From: Octopus sinensis
Taxonomy: Eukaryota
Assembly (NCBI RefSeq): GCF_006345805.1
Contig: NC_043007.1
Location: 58,280,001 to 58,344,000 of the forward strand
Reading direction: 5' to 3'
Length of the DNA: 64,000 nt
A program made the translations under genes and the position numbers. Positions 40,193 through 53,452 of the stretch are shown here, in pieces; the first letter of the stretch is position 1; each line of letters opens with the position of its first letter. A model generated the notes under the pieces. That model did no database searches, was not told the DNA's origin, and saw only the letters and a list, made by a program, of their open reading frames with translations.

Positions 40193-41370
40193 GCTGGGGT
40201 TGGACAAAATAATGAAGACACCTAGCATCATAGCATCATAATTTTGAAATATCTGTAAAACCGTCAAAAGCATGTTTATTTTTATGTTTTTGGGATTTAT
40301 TATTAATGTTGCTTAATATGTTTTGCTAAAATTGCTGCTTCTTTTCAGCAATCATCAGAAAAAGGTAATTAAAATTCACTAAAATGACAGATCTATCGGA
40401 CTTTCAAAGGGGTCGAATTGTTGGTACTCGTATGACAGCCGCTAGCGTAACGAAAACAGCTGAAATGTTTGGTGTATCAAGAAGTACTGATTCGAATGAA
40501 ATGACAGCCTTTGAGAAAGAGGGAAAAATCTCCTCGTCGAAACAAAACTCTGGAAGAAAATCAAAACTTTTAGACAGGGACCGTCGGACTCTTACGCGAA
40601 TTGTTAGAAAAGATCCCAAAAGTACAGCTCCCGAAATTACTGCAGAGCTTAATGACCACCTCGAGAACCCAGTTCCCATAAGAACTGTTCGCCAGGAGCT
40701 GCACAAAGCCGGAATTCACAGGAGGGCTTAAATCAGAAAACCACTACTTTCAAAATCAAACGTTGCAAAGCGTTTAGAATGGAGTAAAACCCTACAGAAT
40801 TGGTCCCTAGAGAAGTGGAAGAATATTATTTTCTCAGACGAGTCCTACTTTACCTTATTTCCGACCACCGGCCGAGTATACGTATGGAGACAACCAAAAG
40901 AAGCATTTGACCCACACTGCCTTCTTCCAACTGTTAAACATGTAGGAGAATCTGTGATGATCTGGATGGTTATATCTTGGAAATCCGCCAGCCCAATGGT
41001 TTTCCTTCATGGTAAAATTAATAGTCAAGACTATTTAAGCATTTTATCTAATCAAATTAATCCTATGTTTGCGAAACTGTTTCCTAAGGAAAACGCAATC
41101 TTTCAGGATGATAATGCACCAATTCACAGAGCTAAAGTTGTTACTGAATGGTACGAAGAACATTCTAGTGAAGTTGAACATCTTATCTGACCGCCACAGT
41201 CCACAGATTTCAATATTATTCAACATTTTTGGCGCATTTTAGAAAAACAAGTAAGGAGTCGATATCCCCTACCATCATTATTACAAGAACTGGAGACTGT
41301 TTTATCTGAAGAATGGACACAAATTCCTTTGGAAACAATTCAAACTTCGTACAAAACCATACCTCGTAAC
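40193..41370 (+). mobile_element. Tc1-family transposon, right end missing before the assembly gap
   Basis: Left TIR-like GCTGGGGTTGGACAAAATAATGAAGACACCT followed by a transposase frame. Confidence 0.9.
40384..41370 (+). pseudogene. Tc1 DD34E-type transposase pseudogene
   Basis: Single frame with two in-frame stops (after HRRA at 40731 and after EHLI at 41190). Motifs LSDFQRGRIVG, IFSDES, FQDDNAPIH and PQSTDFNIIQHFW (catalytic E replaced by Q). Confidence 0.9.
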
Positions 41371-41394
41371 CCTTGTATGTATGTATGTATTATG

Positions 41395-41494
41395 NNNNNN
41401 NNNNNNNNNNNNNNNNNNNNNNNNNNNNNNNNNNNNNNNNNNNNNNNNNNNNNNNNNNNNNNNNNNNNNNNNNNNNNNNNNNNNNNNNNNNNNN
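41395..41494. other. Assembly gap (100 N)
   Basis: Run of exactly 100 N, a typical placeholder of unknown size. Confidence 1.
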
Positions 41495-42572
41495 CATTTC
41501 TTCGGGTTTTTCTTTCCTTCTCCCTCCTCTCTCTCTCTCTCTCTTTCTCTCTCTGCCTCGTACGGTCTCACAGTCGGCTACGTTGAGAGATTAGATAAAC
41601 TCCTAAGTGACCACACTCGTAGAATCACTGTCCTCGAATAAATAGAGGAGAGGATGATTAGAGCTTCGAATTACTTCTAAAGCTACAAAGCTGTACAAAG
41701 AAACAAGAAAATATGACGGACGTCGTCGGACCGAATTTTATCCGGAATCTCCGGGATCTCCTGCCTTCTGCCTGTTGAATCAGTAGCTGGCCGAGGATCA
41801 TATAGTAGCGGGCCAAACGAAAAGAATAGAATTTTAAATTTTAATTCTATTTTATTGGCTATCGCAATCTGCAGCATATTTTTACATTGTATAAGTATGA
41901 TATAATAATCAAATTATATATACTGAGGGGTCCATAAAATCATGGTACAAGTTAAAATACATGTAGCTTCGTAACTATACATGATAGAATTTATCTTTAA
42001 AAAGTATAAGAAAATTTAATATGTCTAGTTTTTAGGTTCTTCTGAAGTTTTATTTATTACTTCTTTTATCAAATATTTTTCACAATTTCTGCCACAAAAA
42101 TGACTTCTTTTTCATGACTTTATAGAGACCCTATAAAAGAGAAAAGATGAAAGAGAGAGAAAACAAATGTCTAGTCTTTTGAACGTCCATACAGGAAAAG
42201 GAAGATTGATGATGGTCACGTGCGAGCAACGAGAGAGAGAAAAAGAGAAAAAGAGGAGAGAGAGAGTCCCTTTGTCTCCTCTCCCTCTTTCACCGTTTTC
42301 TATCTGTCTCTGTCTCTTTCTCTTTTTCTCTCTCGTTGCTCATACGTGACCATTGGCCATCTTTCTTCTCCTCACGTGACCATCTTCCTTTATGTATTAT
42401 GCACTTATTGTGTTGTAACACAACACAATAAAGTACAAGTGAGAGGGAGATTCACACGGGTACCTTACAAATTCGGTGTGTGTTGTGTCACATTACTTAA
42501 TAAATGAAATAAATGCACGGTAAATACGCATATGACATAACTGAGGATACTGAATGTGTGTATATATAATAC

Positions 42573-42616
<44 letters not shown>

Positions 42617-42617
<1 letters not shown>

Positions 42618-42934
42618 CTCTTTAACTTTTTTCTGTCATTTGCCTGCGGCCATGCTGGAGCACCGCTTTTAGTCGAACAAATAGACCCCAGCATTTATTC
42701 TTTGTAAGCCTTGTACTTATTCTATTCGGTTTGCCAAACCGCTAGGTTACGTGGACGTAAACACACCACCATCCGTTGTCCAGCGATTGTGGTGGGGACA
42801 AACACAGACACACAAGCGTATACACACACATACATATATATATATATATACACATATATACGACGGGCTTCTTTCAATTCCACTCACAAGTGGTTGGTAA
42901 GCAAGCTACTTACCACACAGCCACTCCTGCACCT
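42617..42934 (-). mobile_element. SINE family A with internal deletion
   Basis: Matches 2007-2423 but lacks the AAGGC...GAACCATG segment. Confidence 0.8.
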
Positions 42935-43573
42935 ATATATATATATATATATACATACACGCATACATACATACATACATACATACATACATACATACAT
43001 TCATACATACATACATACATACATACATACATACACATGCATATGTATGTACATATATACATATATAAATATATTTGTATATAATTTATAAATGTATATG
43101 TGGTTATAAATATAGATATATAGATGTAGTTACATATATATAAATACATATATACATGCATATAATATATGTAAATATATTGATATATATACATAATATA
43201 CAAAGTAAACCATTGCGGTCCAGAAATTCATATAACGTGAGATTCTCCTTGGTGTTGGTGATACCTTTGCTAAATATATTTTATACTCTCAAACAGTAAC
43301 ACCGTCCTCTTCAAATACCTTCAAAGATGGACCTTAAACAGTCAGCCACCCATCTCATTACTAAATTAGGTAGGCAATAATTTGTGTAGAACACAAAGTA
43401 ATATAACTGGAAGAGTTCTTGAAACCGTCCACCAAAATCCCTAATTCTGGGCGGACAGGTTACCGTCAATAAGTATCATTATAACCTAGTCTTTGCTTCT
43501 ACCTAACTGCATACAGCCTTCGATTCTGAAAAACTTTCACAAAACCAAGCTACAAAAAGAATATAGAAAATAT

Positions 43574-43975
43574 TAGGTGTAGCTGTGTGGTAAGAAGTTT
43601 GCTTCCCAACTACATGACGTCGAGTTCAGTCCCTCTGCAAGAACCTTGAGCAAATGTGTCGAACTATACGCTCTGGCCGACCAATGTCTTGTGAGTGGAA
43701 TTCGTAGATGATAACTGAAAGAAACTCGTCATATATATACATATGTGTGTATGTGTGTGTGTATTTGTCTCAGCACCGCTTGACAACCGGTGTTGGTGTG
43801 TTTACGTCTCCGTAACTTAGCAGTTGGGTGAAAGAGACCGGTATAATAAGAACCAGGCTTAACAAATATTAATTACTGGGGTAGATTCATTCGGCTAAAA
43901 GAAATTCTTCAATGCGATGCCCCAGCATGGTCGCAGTCTAGTGACTGAAATAAGTAAAAAGTAAACGATAAAAGA
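43574..43975 (+). mobile_element. SINE family A-related (older copy)
   Basis: Head TAGGTGTAGCTGTGTGGTAAGAAG...GAGTTCAGTCCC; tail CCCAGCATGGTCGCAGTC...GACTGAAATAAG. Confidence 0.75.
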
Positions 43976-44246
43976 TTTGGAAAGCTATATATTATTCATC
44001 AATGTTGTGTCCACCAACTTCTATGCCGGGCCAGACCTCACACGAACTATTCGACCCAGTCCTATCTACCCGAAATGTGAAACTTTGGGATTCTTTCTCC
44101 ACTCATTTACTTACTCTTGTCATCAATCTGCAACAATTCAAGGGAATCATTAACTGTGCCAATTCCCACTGATGCCTAAAGGTTCTGTGCTGGCCAAACA
44201 CTCAGCTCCTCCTTTATGTCAAACCTATCAAGAATATTTGGTCTCC

Positions 44247-44443
44247 AATGTTGGCACAATTTTGGAGGAGGGGTAAGTCGATTACATCGACCCCAGTGAT
44301 CAACTGGTACTTATTTTATCGACCTCGAGAGAATGAAAATCAAAGTCGACTTCAGCGGAATTTCAACTCAGAACGTAAAGCCGGACAAAATACCGCTAAG
44401 CATTTTGCCCGGCGAGCTAACGATTCTATCAGCTCACCGCCTT
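44247..44443 (-). mobile_element. SINE family B
   Basis: AAGTCGATTACATCGACCCCAGT...TTATTTTATCGACC...GCTCACCGCCTTA. Confidence 0.8.
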
Positions 44444-45352
44444 AAACCTATCAAAAATATTTCAAAAGCAAACATGATCACCGCAATTTCAGGCAACGAC
44501 TACCAGTATCACCACTCTGCCATCAATACTTTGACAACAAACATCATCATCATCATCATCGCCACCACCACTACTAACTCTAACAGCACAACATCCCAAT
44601 CAGTCATCCTTGGCATTACTGCCACAACCAGCACGACCACCAAAACACCATAACCGCCATTGCCAACATCACCTTAACAGCTACAACTACCGATATAATC
44701 ACCACCACAATAACAATTCAGGCCAACCACACCACCAACACCGCCTCAGTCCCCATCACAACTGTTACTATTAACACCACCAACAGCACCAGCACCACTG
44801 CCTTTCACATTTAACAACCAAAACCTATTATATAAACTATTGTATATCCTTCCGCCAACCAATGGAAACAGCGCTCTATGTGGCTTCTGAACGCTTAACG
44901 TCAAACGGCAGTTTCTGAACAACACTGACTTTCTCTTTCACTCTGTTTCCTTCTCTTCCCCCTCCTCTCTCTCTCTCTCTCTCTATCTCTCTATTTCTCT
45001 ATCTCTAATATATATCATCGTTTCCACTATCTATCAATATAGATATAGAGAAAGATGGAGAAAAAAGAGATAAAAGAAATGAAGAGAGAGAGAGAGAGAG
45101 AGAAGGAGAGGGAGATCTGGGCCAATATTTGTTTCTGTTATTGATCTATCAACGAAACTCTTAGTATATCGTTTAACCTATACAACTGTCAATCATATTA
45201 TCGACATAGCTGCTAATGTTGTTCAATCTCTCCCTTCCTCCCTCTCTTTGTGTGTCTCTTTCTCATATTTATACACATATATACACATGCTCACCCCCCA
45301 CACACACACACATTCATACATACATATTTATAGCTCGCTACCAGCATATATA

Positions 45353-45428
<76 letters not shown>

Positions 45429-45577
45429 AGAAATCACACGAAGACGGAAAGTGTCACTGAGGAGGTCACAGACGTGTGACAAAAGATTTCCGGACATAAA
45501 CATGAGGTAGAATAAGACCAGCAATAAACGAGGGAATAACGTGTGTTTATTTGGTAAAAGAAAATTACCCGAAATAC

Positions 45578-45639
<62 letters not shown>

Positions 45640-45696
45640 CATACATACATACATACATACATACATACATACATACATACATACATACATACATAC

Positions 45697-45744
<48 letters not shown>

Positions 45745-45798
45745 GTAGGTAGAGAGATAGATAGATGATATAGATAGATAGATAAATAGATAGATAGG

Positions 45799-46079
<281 letters not shown>

Positions 46080-46186
46080 TAGTTATAGTAAATAAAAAAT
46101 GAAGAACAAACACAAGAAAAAACAACAACGCAAGGATGTGGTACATGCAAAGTACTAGCAGACACTCAGGGAAGGAAAGCAAGGTG

Positions 46187-46224
46187 GTTTTACGTTTCGA
46201 ACAAAGCTCTTCTTCTTCAGAAAC
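46187..46224 (-). ncRNA. Ultra-minimal hammerhead motif (GUA site)
   Basis: Minus: GTTT-CTGAAGA-AGAA-GAGC-TTT-GTTC-GAAAC-GTA-AAAC. Canonical core, ACGT stem III, extra AGAA probably from GAA slippage. Confidence 0.55.
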
Positions 46225-47124
46225 AGGAGACAGAGGAAGCTCCAAGAGAAAAGAAAAACGGAGTAAAAAAAAATCGCCAACGAATCACATGTGGCTACAT
46301 TTTGAAATGTAACCAATAAATATATATATTGCCAACCAAATATATGTGTGCATTGGGTTGGCAAGAAGCTCAATATGTGTGTTCCACATAAATTGAAAGA
46401 GGTTCACTTAACACGATGAATCAATGTTTGCGATATGCATCTCAAACGCAATGAAATCGACCTTTTGGAAGTATGTATATATAAATATATAAACATAGAG
46501 ATATATTCTTCAGCGCATAGTCCAAAGTCACACATGTATGTTAATTAGGCATCGTTTCGTTTAATGTTTCTTTTTCCTTACTTATTTCTTTCTTACTCTA
46601 CTTTGATAACTGGTTCGCCCGAAACGTCAATCTACTCTTTTCCTTTCCCTTCCCTTGGTTTATATACAATTTACTAAGCACATAATTTTATGAAAATTAG
46701 GTGGGAATTACAATAACACAATCAAACACATTAATCCGCAGAAGTTAGAAAATGACTCAGGAGCTGAAAGTTTCGTGTATAACACTTATGAAACTGGCTT
46801 CTGTTTTGGGGAACCTCTTTTCATAGAGACTGACAAAAATTGATGCCTCTGGATTGTTCTAGAAAAAAATTAGTAACAATTAGATGGTCATTTGAATTAT
46901 AGCCATTTTTATTTCAAATAGTCTACCCGTTAAGAAGTTTGATAAAAGAAAAATAAACGTAAAGAAAATAGGTAACAGTTAAGGAGAAAGCATATATATG
47001 CATAACATCTACGCACATATATAAACTAATATACTCATATATATATTTACATACATGCATATACAAGCATAATGTGCATCCACACATAGGAGTATGCATT
47101 TAAAATACACCACATGAATATAAG

Positions 47125-47192
<68 letters not shown>

Positions 47193-48235
47193 AACATATA
47201 CACGCATGTATGCGTATTTATATGTCTGTGCATGTGTGTATGTGTAAATTCGTATATATGTGTGTGTGTCTCTATGTGTGTATATGTATGTGTGCGTTTA
47301 TATATATATATATACATATATACATACAAGTATACATATATATATATATATATATGTATACACATGCAGACACACACACACACACACATATATACGTCTT
47401 ATGTGAATACGTACTCCTTTATTATTTTATCATTTTATTTTACTTGTTTGTATCTTCCCTTGCACTTGCATGTGTATGTGTATGTGTATGTGTGAGTGTA
47501 TGCACGTGTGTGCGTGTGTTTGTGTGGGTATGTGTATGTGTGTATGTATGTATATATGTAACACTGTATATCCATATTTGTTAAGTGTATACGTTTTTTC
47601 TATCACTTGTAAATTTATATTTTTCTACTTCATATATTCGTTTTTGTTCCTATTCTTTTTTGATTATCTCCCCTACCCCGGGCTGATTTTTGAGTAAGGT
47701 AACACTCTTGAATACACCGACCGGTCCTGTCCGTGATCGTTGCTTTTTCTTTGTTAAGTTCTTGTTGGTTTTTTCGCTGCTTGTATGTACATTTTACTTA
47801 AATATTGTATCTTTTTCAAACATAGCCTTGCCTATCAGCTTTAAGCCTTTTGTAATAATATACATATTTTTTTCATTATTAATATGTATAAGTATAACTC
47901 TCTATGGCTTTTTTCTACTATTTGTACTATACACACGTGGTCTTGTTTACATTTTACTTCGTCTCGACCTGTTACTATTTCTTTACACATATCCGTAAGA
48001 TTTTTATTTTTATGTTATAGTTTACTGCTCAATAAGACTTGCATACACATTGATAGGTCTTTCTTTTCCTTTTTCGTCTCTCTCACTATCATTATTATTG
48101 TTATTATTTTTCCCTTTTACAACTTGTTTGTTAATATCCGATTTTTCCCTGTTACACCATCTGTATTCTCCCTTATTGTATCTTATGTTATTTTATTTTA
48201 TTAAACCTTTTTTGATGTTCATCCAAAAATTCCTC

Positions 48236-48373
48236 GCACTGATGGGAATGACAATGCTTAAATTTAATTATAATTACTATGATTATAATTTTCTTCTTAC
48301 ATTTTCTTACATATTTGCTTCTTACATATTTTCTTCTTACATATTTGCATTGTCCTTCGAAACGTACGTATGT
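48236..48373 (+). ncRNA. Hammerhead-like motif with minisatellite in loop II
   Basis: GCA-CTGATGG-GAATGACAATGC...GCATTGTCCTTC-GAAAC-GTAC-GTA-TGT. Stem II pairs at 11 of 12 positions; ACGTACGT palindrome; A9 replaced by G; short stem I. Confidence 0.55.
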
Positions 48374-48483
48374 TTTGAATCCAATTTTGTTTTAAATCTA
48401 ATTTTGATTCATCATCTTTTTTCCAGCATTTTTTATACTTGTTTATGGTATATTTATACCTATAACGAAATTTTTCAACTATA

Positions 48484-48533
<50 letters not shown>

Positions 48534-49074
48534 CACATACATATACATACATATATATATATGCATATATATAAACGTGTTTGTTTGTATATATATATAT
48601 GTATGTGTGTGCATGTGAGTGCATATGTATATACGTACGACTGCATGTATTCAAATGCATATTAGTATGTAGGAATGTATAAATGAGTATATATGCGTGT
48701 GTGTCTGTGTATGTGATTATGCATATGTATTTATGTGTATCTGTACGCAATATATGAATATGTCTGTATGTTCATCTCTATGTGTAAATATATGTATGTG
48801 TCCTTTCCTTAATAGCTTGTCAACTTTGGTTAATTCTTGATTCTATAGGGTATCTCTCCATTTCATATAGAACTGATTTTCAGTTTACAATTAATAATTG
48901 AAATACGTCCTCTGGAGGCGGAGATAATTTTAATAAACAGGAATCTATGTTGTATGGTATCTGGTATACCTGTATTTGTTTATGTTGCTCAAATACATAT
49001 CAATTGTCACTCTCAATTGTTCCTCTCTGCTCATTTATACATACGTGTAAAGGCGTCTTTGTGCCTGTGTGTGT

Positions 49075-49232
49075 GTTTGTGGTTCCGAGTTCAGTTCCAC
49101 GGCGTGTAACTTTGGACAAGTCTTTTCTCTATCCACGGGCCAACCAAAGCCTTGTGAATGGATTTGACAGACGGAAATTAAAAAAGAAAGCCGTCGTGTA
49201 TATAAATATGTGTGTGTGCATGTGTATGCATG

Positions 49233-49285
<53 letters not shown>

Positions 49286-49803
49286 CTGTGTTTGTAAACA
49301 ACCGGTTATGGTCTCCGTAGCCTAGTGGACCAGCAAAAGAAACCGATAGAATAAGTACCCGGATTTAGAAAATAAGTGCTGGGGGTTGATTCGTTTGATT
49401 AAATTTCTTCAAGTCGGTGCCCCAGTATGGCTGCAGTCTAAAGACTGAAACAAAAGAATATATATATATATTGAGGCGCAAAATTTGCTTTGTAGTGAGA
49501 AGTTTGCTCCCCAACCAACTGGTCCCAGGCTCAGTCCCACTACGTGACACTTTGGGCCGACCAAAGCCCTGAGAATGGATTGGGTAGTCGGAAATTGAAA
49601 TAAGCCCGCCGTGTGTGCGTGTATGTATGTGTCTGCCATGGCTTGACAACTGATGCTAGTATGTTTATGTCCCCGTAACTTTGCAGTTCGGCCAAAGACA
49701 CCGATAGAATAAGAATTTGGCTTGCAAAGAATAAGTCCTGGGGTCGATTTCCTCGATTATAACCCTTTAAGGCGATGTTCCAGGATAACCGCAGTGCATT
49801 AGG
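49075..49803 (+). mobile_element. Two adjacent SINE family A-related copies
   Basis: 49075-49460 and 49472-49803 each carry GAGTTCAGT/GGCTCAGTCCCAC heads and GATAGAATAAG 3' cores. Confidence 0.7.
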
Positions 49804-50682
49804 CCATGAGCTAGTGGAGGCCATGGTTCACCACCCTTTTGATTTACTTTAATGAGCATTTTCATGTAGCCTTGGGTCCAACAAGTCAGAAAATTGATGT
49901 TGCAAAAAAAACTGGGATGGAAGATACTCACCATGGACTTTTTCACCACGCCCACTTTTACAGCTGGCGGCAGAAAATTAGGGGTGCGGAAAAATCAAAC
50001 TACTCTAACTTCGCAACTTTTCACCAAAATATTTCAAATGACCGCTTTAAATGATTGCCCAGTTAAGACTTACACGTTCATGCAAATGATAAGCAAATTT
50101 ATTCTGTTAAAAAGTCACAAAGAGTCAAAAGGCTACGAAATGTGATCTTTACCTATAATATCTAATATCTAGCATTCACAGGTTTTATTTAACCCCATGA
50201 CCATATAACGCTTTTATTTACTTTTTTTTCATTGAAAATTAATTCAAATGAAGGTTTACATGAGCTTTTTAATACCAGAAGTAAAAAGAAACTCTCTCTG
50301 TGTCTTTCTATCTAATGTTCCTTTAATCCAATTCTATGTCTCTCTTCTTATCTCTGTCCACCACCTCCACGTTATCTCTTGCCTTGTTCATCTCTGTTAG
50401 TGCCCCCATCAAACTGTAGTTCACTAATTGAGCGAGTAGATAATATATTAATGGTTCGCAACTAGTTCAGTGGGGCCGGGCGTGTTGTGGGGGAGCAGAT
50501 TTAAAGCGTGAACGTGATTTTCCTCTCCATACCCAATTTTATCACATATCTACTTCTCCCCACACCCGTTTCAAAACAATAAAGCGAGAAACAGATCGTG
50601 ACAGAGGTAATACTGTAGAGATATACGAGGAAAGCACGAGAGAATTCAAATACAATAGAGAGAGAGAGAGATGGAAAGAGAA

Positions 50683-50720
<38 letters not shown>

Positions 50721-50937
50721 TGAGAGGCAGGCAGGCAGGCAGGCAGACAGGCAGACAACCAGACAGATTCACTGAGTGTGGGAGGGATTGAGATGGAGAG
50801 AGATCAAATCGAACTCACTCTCCCGCTACTGCGGACAAATATCAATCCAAGAAAAGGTGGTGGCTTATTCTGCCATTAAAGAGCAGACAAATTGTTGTTA
50901 AATCAGACAGGACCTGCTTCTAAACAGAGAAGGTACA

Positions 50938-51443
50938 TCTATATATATAAAACTCTAGTTGTGTGAGTGTCTGTCCCCTTCGATTTAGATTCCTAACTCC
51001 TCCCACATTTTGCGGTGCAGTTTAACCAAATTCGGGTATCTTATAGTCGTGATTCATATCGAGCCCGTCTGAGTATTAGCGCGCGTCAACGATGAGTCTA
51101 CGATTTTAAAAATAATTTAACATCATTTTTTATTCCATTTTAATGCATAAAATACATCGTGTGTCGATGGCGGCGGAGTTGGCGTCCACGCTCACAGCTG
51201 CACCTGTTTGCTTCTCCCCCTTCCCTCCCTCGTGAAGCTGTGGGGAAGGGAGTGTAAAGAAATCAACGTCGTAATGCGTTGTCAAGGAGACCAGCGTTCT
51301 TTTAGAACAACGATTTCATGGCTTGAAGACACCAAAACAAAAATGGCTAAGAAAGCCCGAATTTATAAGGGAAGTAACTCTCTAAAAATGCTTATATAGT
51401 TATTTCCCTTACAAACCCGAGCAACGCCGGGCGATACTGCTAG
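50938..51443 (+). mobile_element. Non-autonomous Helitron (about 506 bp)
   Basis: 5' TC start (TCTATATATATAAAAC), 3' hairpin CCCG-AGCAACGC-CGGG about 10 nt before the CTAG end, inserted between A and T. Confidence 0.75.
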
Positions 51444-52260
51444 TTGTGTAATAAAACTTTAGATGTAATTTTATATCCTCTCAGGGGATATAAAAAAGCT
51501 GCTTATAAATTAAGTATGTAACAATTACTAAAAGTACTATTATTAAAAGTATTATTAAAAGGGTTGACTGTCTGGAAATATTTTTATAAATTCATGTACT
51601 AAGAAATTTCCTATAATTTCGATTTCTCAAGCTTCTCAAATTTTTTTGTCTCCAGTTTCTCGCAAATCTAAATATTCATTGCATTCACTGCGTCCAATTC
51701 ACAAATTTAAATATTCATTGCATTCACTGCGGAGTATTCCATTCTCATTTGCAAAGTCTCTCACTTTCTCTTTTAAGTTTTAATTCGCAATTTGGAAAAC
51801 CGACAGTTTATTCTATTAATGTATACGTAATTTATTATTTATTTAATGAAAACTTTTAAAATACCCGTATAATTTTTAAACACAGGACAGCTGTGAGAAA
51901 AGCCTAGAAAGTTGGGTAATTATTATTAGAAGACGAGGAGAAAAAAGTTACCAAGTACTCGAAACGTACACTTTATTCACAGTTTCCAAACACTTTGTAC
52001 CACAAAGTCAATATATACACAAACAAGTTGCACGAGCGACTTCAACAGTGACACACTCGCACACACACACATAGATACACATACACACAAATGAAAGGCA
52101 ATAAATGCGTGTGTGCGAGTGTGTGTGAGTTTGCTGTTCGCTGACAAAACTTCGTGCCGCATTACTTTTGCGAAGTTTTGTCAGAGAACAGGTTGCGGTT
52201 TCTAAAAGAAGAAAATATTTTGTACAAGTAAAATTTTAATGTTGAATGAAACTGGTACTA

Positions 52261-53223
52261 TTAGGTCGTCAAGTATGAAATTTATACTAAGGTATATAGT
52301 AAACTTTGACAGCTACTCATTTTGCGCTTTATAAAGTATTTATAAATCATTTTTTACAATTTTTTTTTTAGTGGTGAATAATGAAGAAAAGAAAGCTACC
52401 GTCGAGTTAGATCCATCTCAAAGTGCCCGTGAATTATCGACTCACCTAGATCAAATCGGCAAAGTGTAAAAGTTGGATAAGTGGGCTCCACACGAACTCA
52501 ATGAAAATCAAAAACAGCAACGTTTGAAGCCTGCATTATGCTACTTTCTCGTCACAAAAATTAATCATTTTTGAATCGAACTGTAACATGTGATGAGAAA
52601 TGGATCCAATACAATAACCGTAAACGTTCAATACAATCGTTGGATAAAGACGAGCCACCAAAAAGCAAAATTCATCAAAAGAGGCTGGTGGTGTGTGTTT
52701 GGTGATCTGGCGCATGTGTGATCCATTATGATTTCATTAAACCTAGCTCATCGATCACGGCCGAAGTATACTGCAGCCAACTGGACCAAATGATGCAGAA
52801 AATTACAATAAAACAGCATAGATTAGTCAACAGATCCACTCCTATTCTATTGTAGGACAACGCCAGACCACACATCGCAACAATGACATTGGCGAAACTA
52901 CTGGATCTGGAGTTGGAAGTTCTCCATCATCCACCATACTCACCTGATCTTTCCCCCACTGACTACCACTTCTTCCAGAATTTGGATAACTTTTTGATGG
53001 GAAAAAATTTAATTCCGACAATGCTATAAAACAAGCCTTCCAAGATTTTATTGACTCTAGATTGCCTGACTTTTACAGTTCCGGGATGGACAAGCTACCG
53101 CTGAAATGGCAAAAGTGTATTGACAATATGGGTACATACTTGGATGAATAAAACAATTCCTTTTATTTATGAAACATTAGCAAACTTTTTTCTTTACTGC
53201 AAATGTCATACTTGACGACCTAA
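52261..53223 (+). mobile_element. Internally deleted mariner (DD34D) element with TIRs and TA target duplication
   Basis: TIR TTAGGTCGTCAAGTATGAAATT / AATGTCATACTTGACGACCTAA (1 mismatch), TA on both sides. Motifs KWAPHEL, TCDEKW, DNARPH and YSPDLSPTDYHFF, with stops and frameshifts. Confidence 0.95.
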
Positions 53224-53247
53224 TACTTAATACAGGGGTCCCTTAAC

Positions 53248-53452
53248 GGTACTACTTAAATATAGATGTACTACTTAAATACAGGTGATACGTACAAAAA
53301 AATGTTCATGTACGCTGTGTGGTCGTGTAATGACACCCTAACCCTAACTAACCCTAAAACTAGCCCTAACCCTGAAACTAAACCTAAAACTAACCCTCCC
53401 CTTCATATCGTTACGTAGATGCCTAGGAACCTCTGTATATTTAAGTAGTGCC
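53248..53452. mobile_element. Short element with subterminal inverted repeats and telomere-like (TAACCC) tract; MITE or Helentron-type HINE
   Basis: GGTACTACTTAAATATAG and a second GTACTACTTAAATACAG are inverted relative to CTGTATATTTAAGTAGTGCC. Degenerate CCCTAA repeats at 53336-53397. Confidence 0.5.

Noticed and set aside
45452-45496. TGTCA-CTGAGGA-G-GTCACA-GACG-TGTGAC-AAAAGATTTCC-GGACA
   Set aside because: Good core and stem II, but GAAA is mutated and stems I/III are out of register; kept only as a weak candidate.
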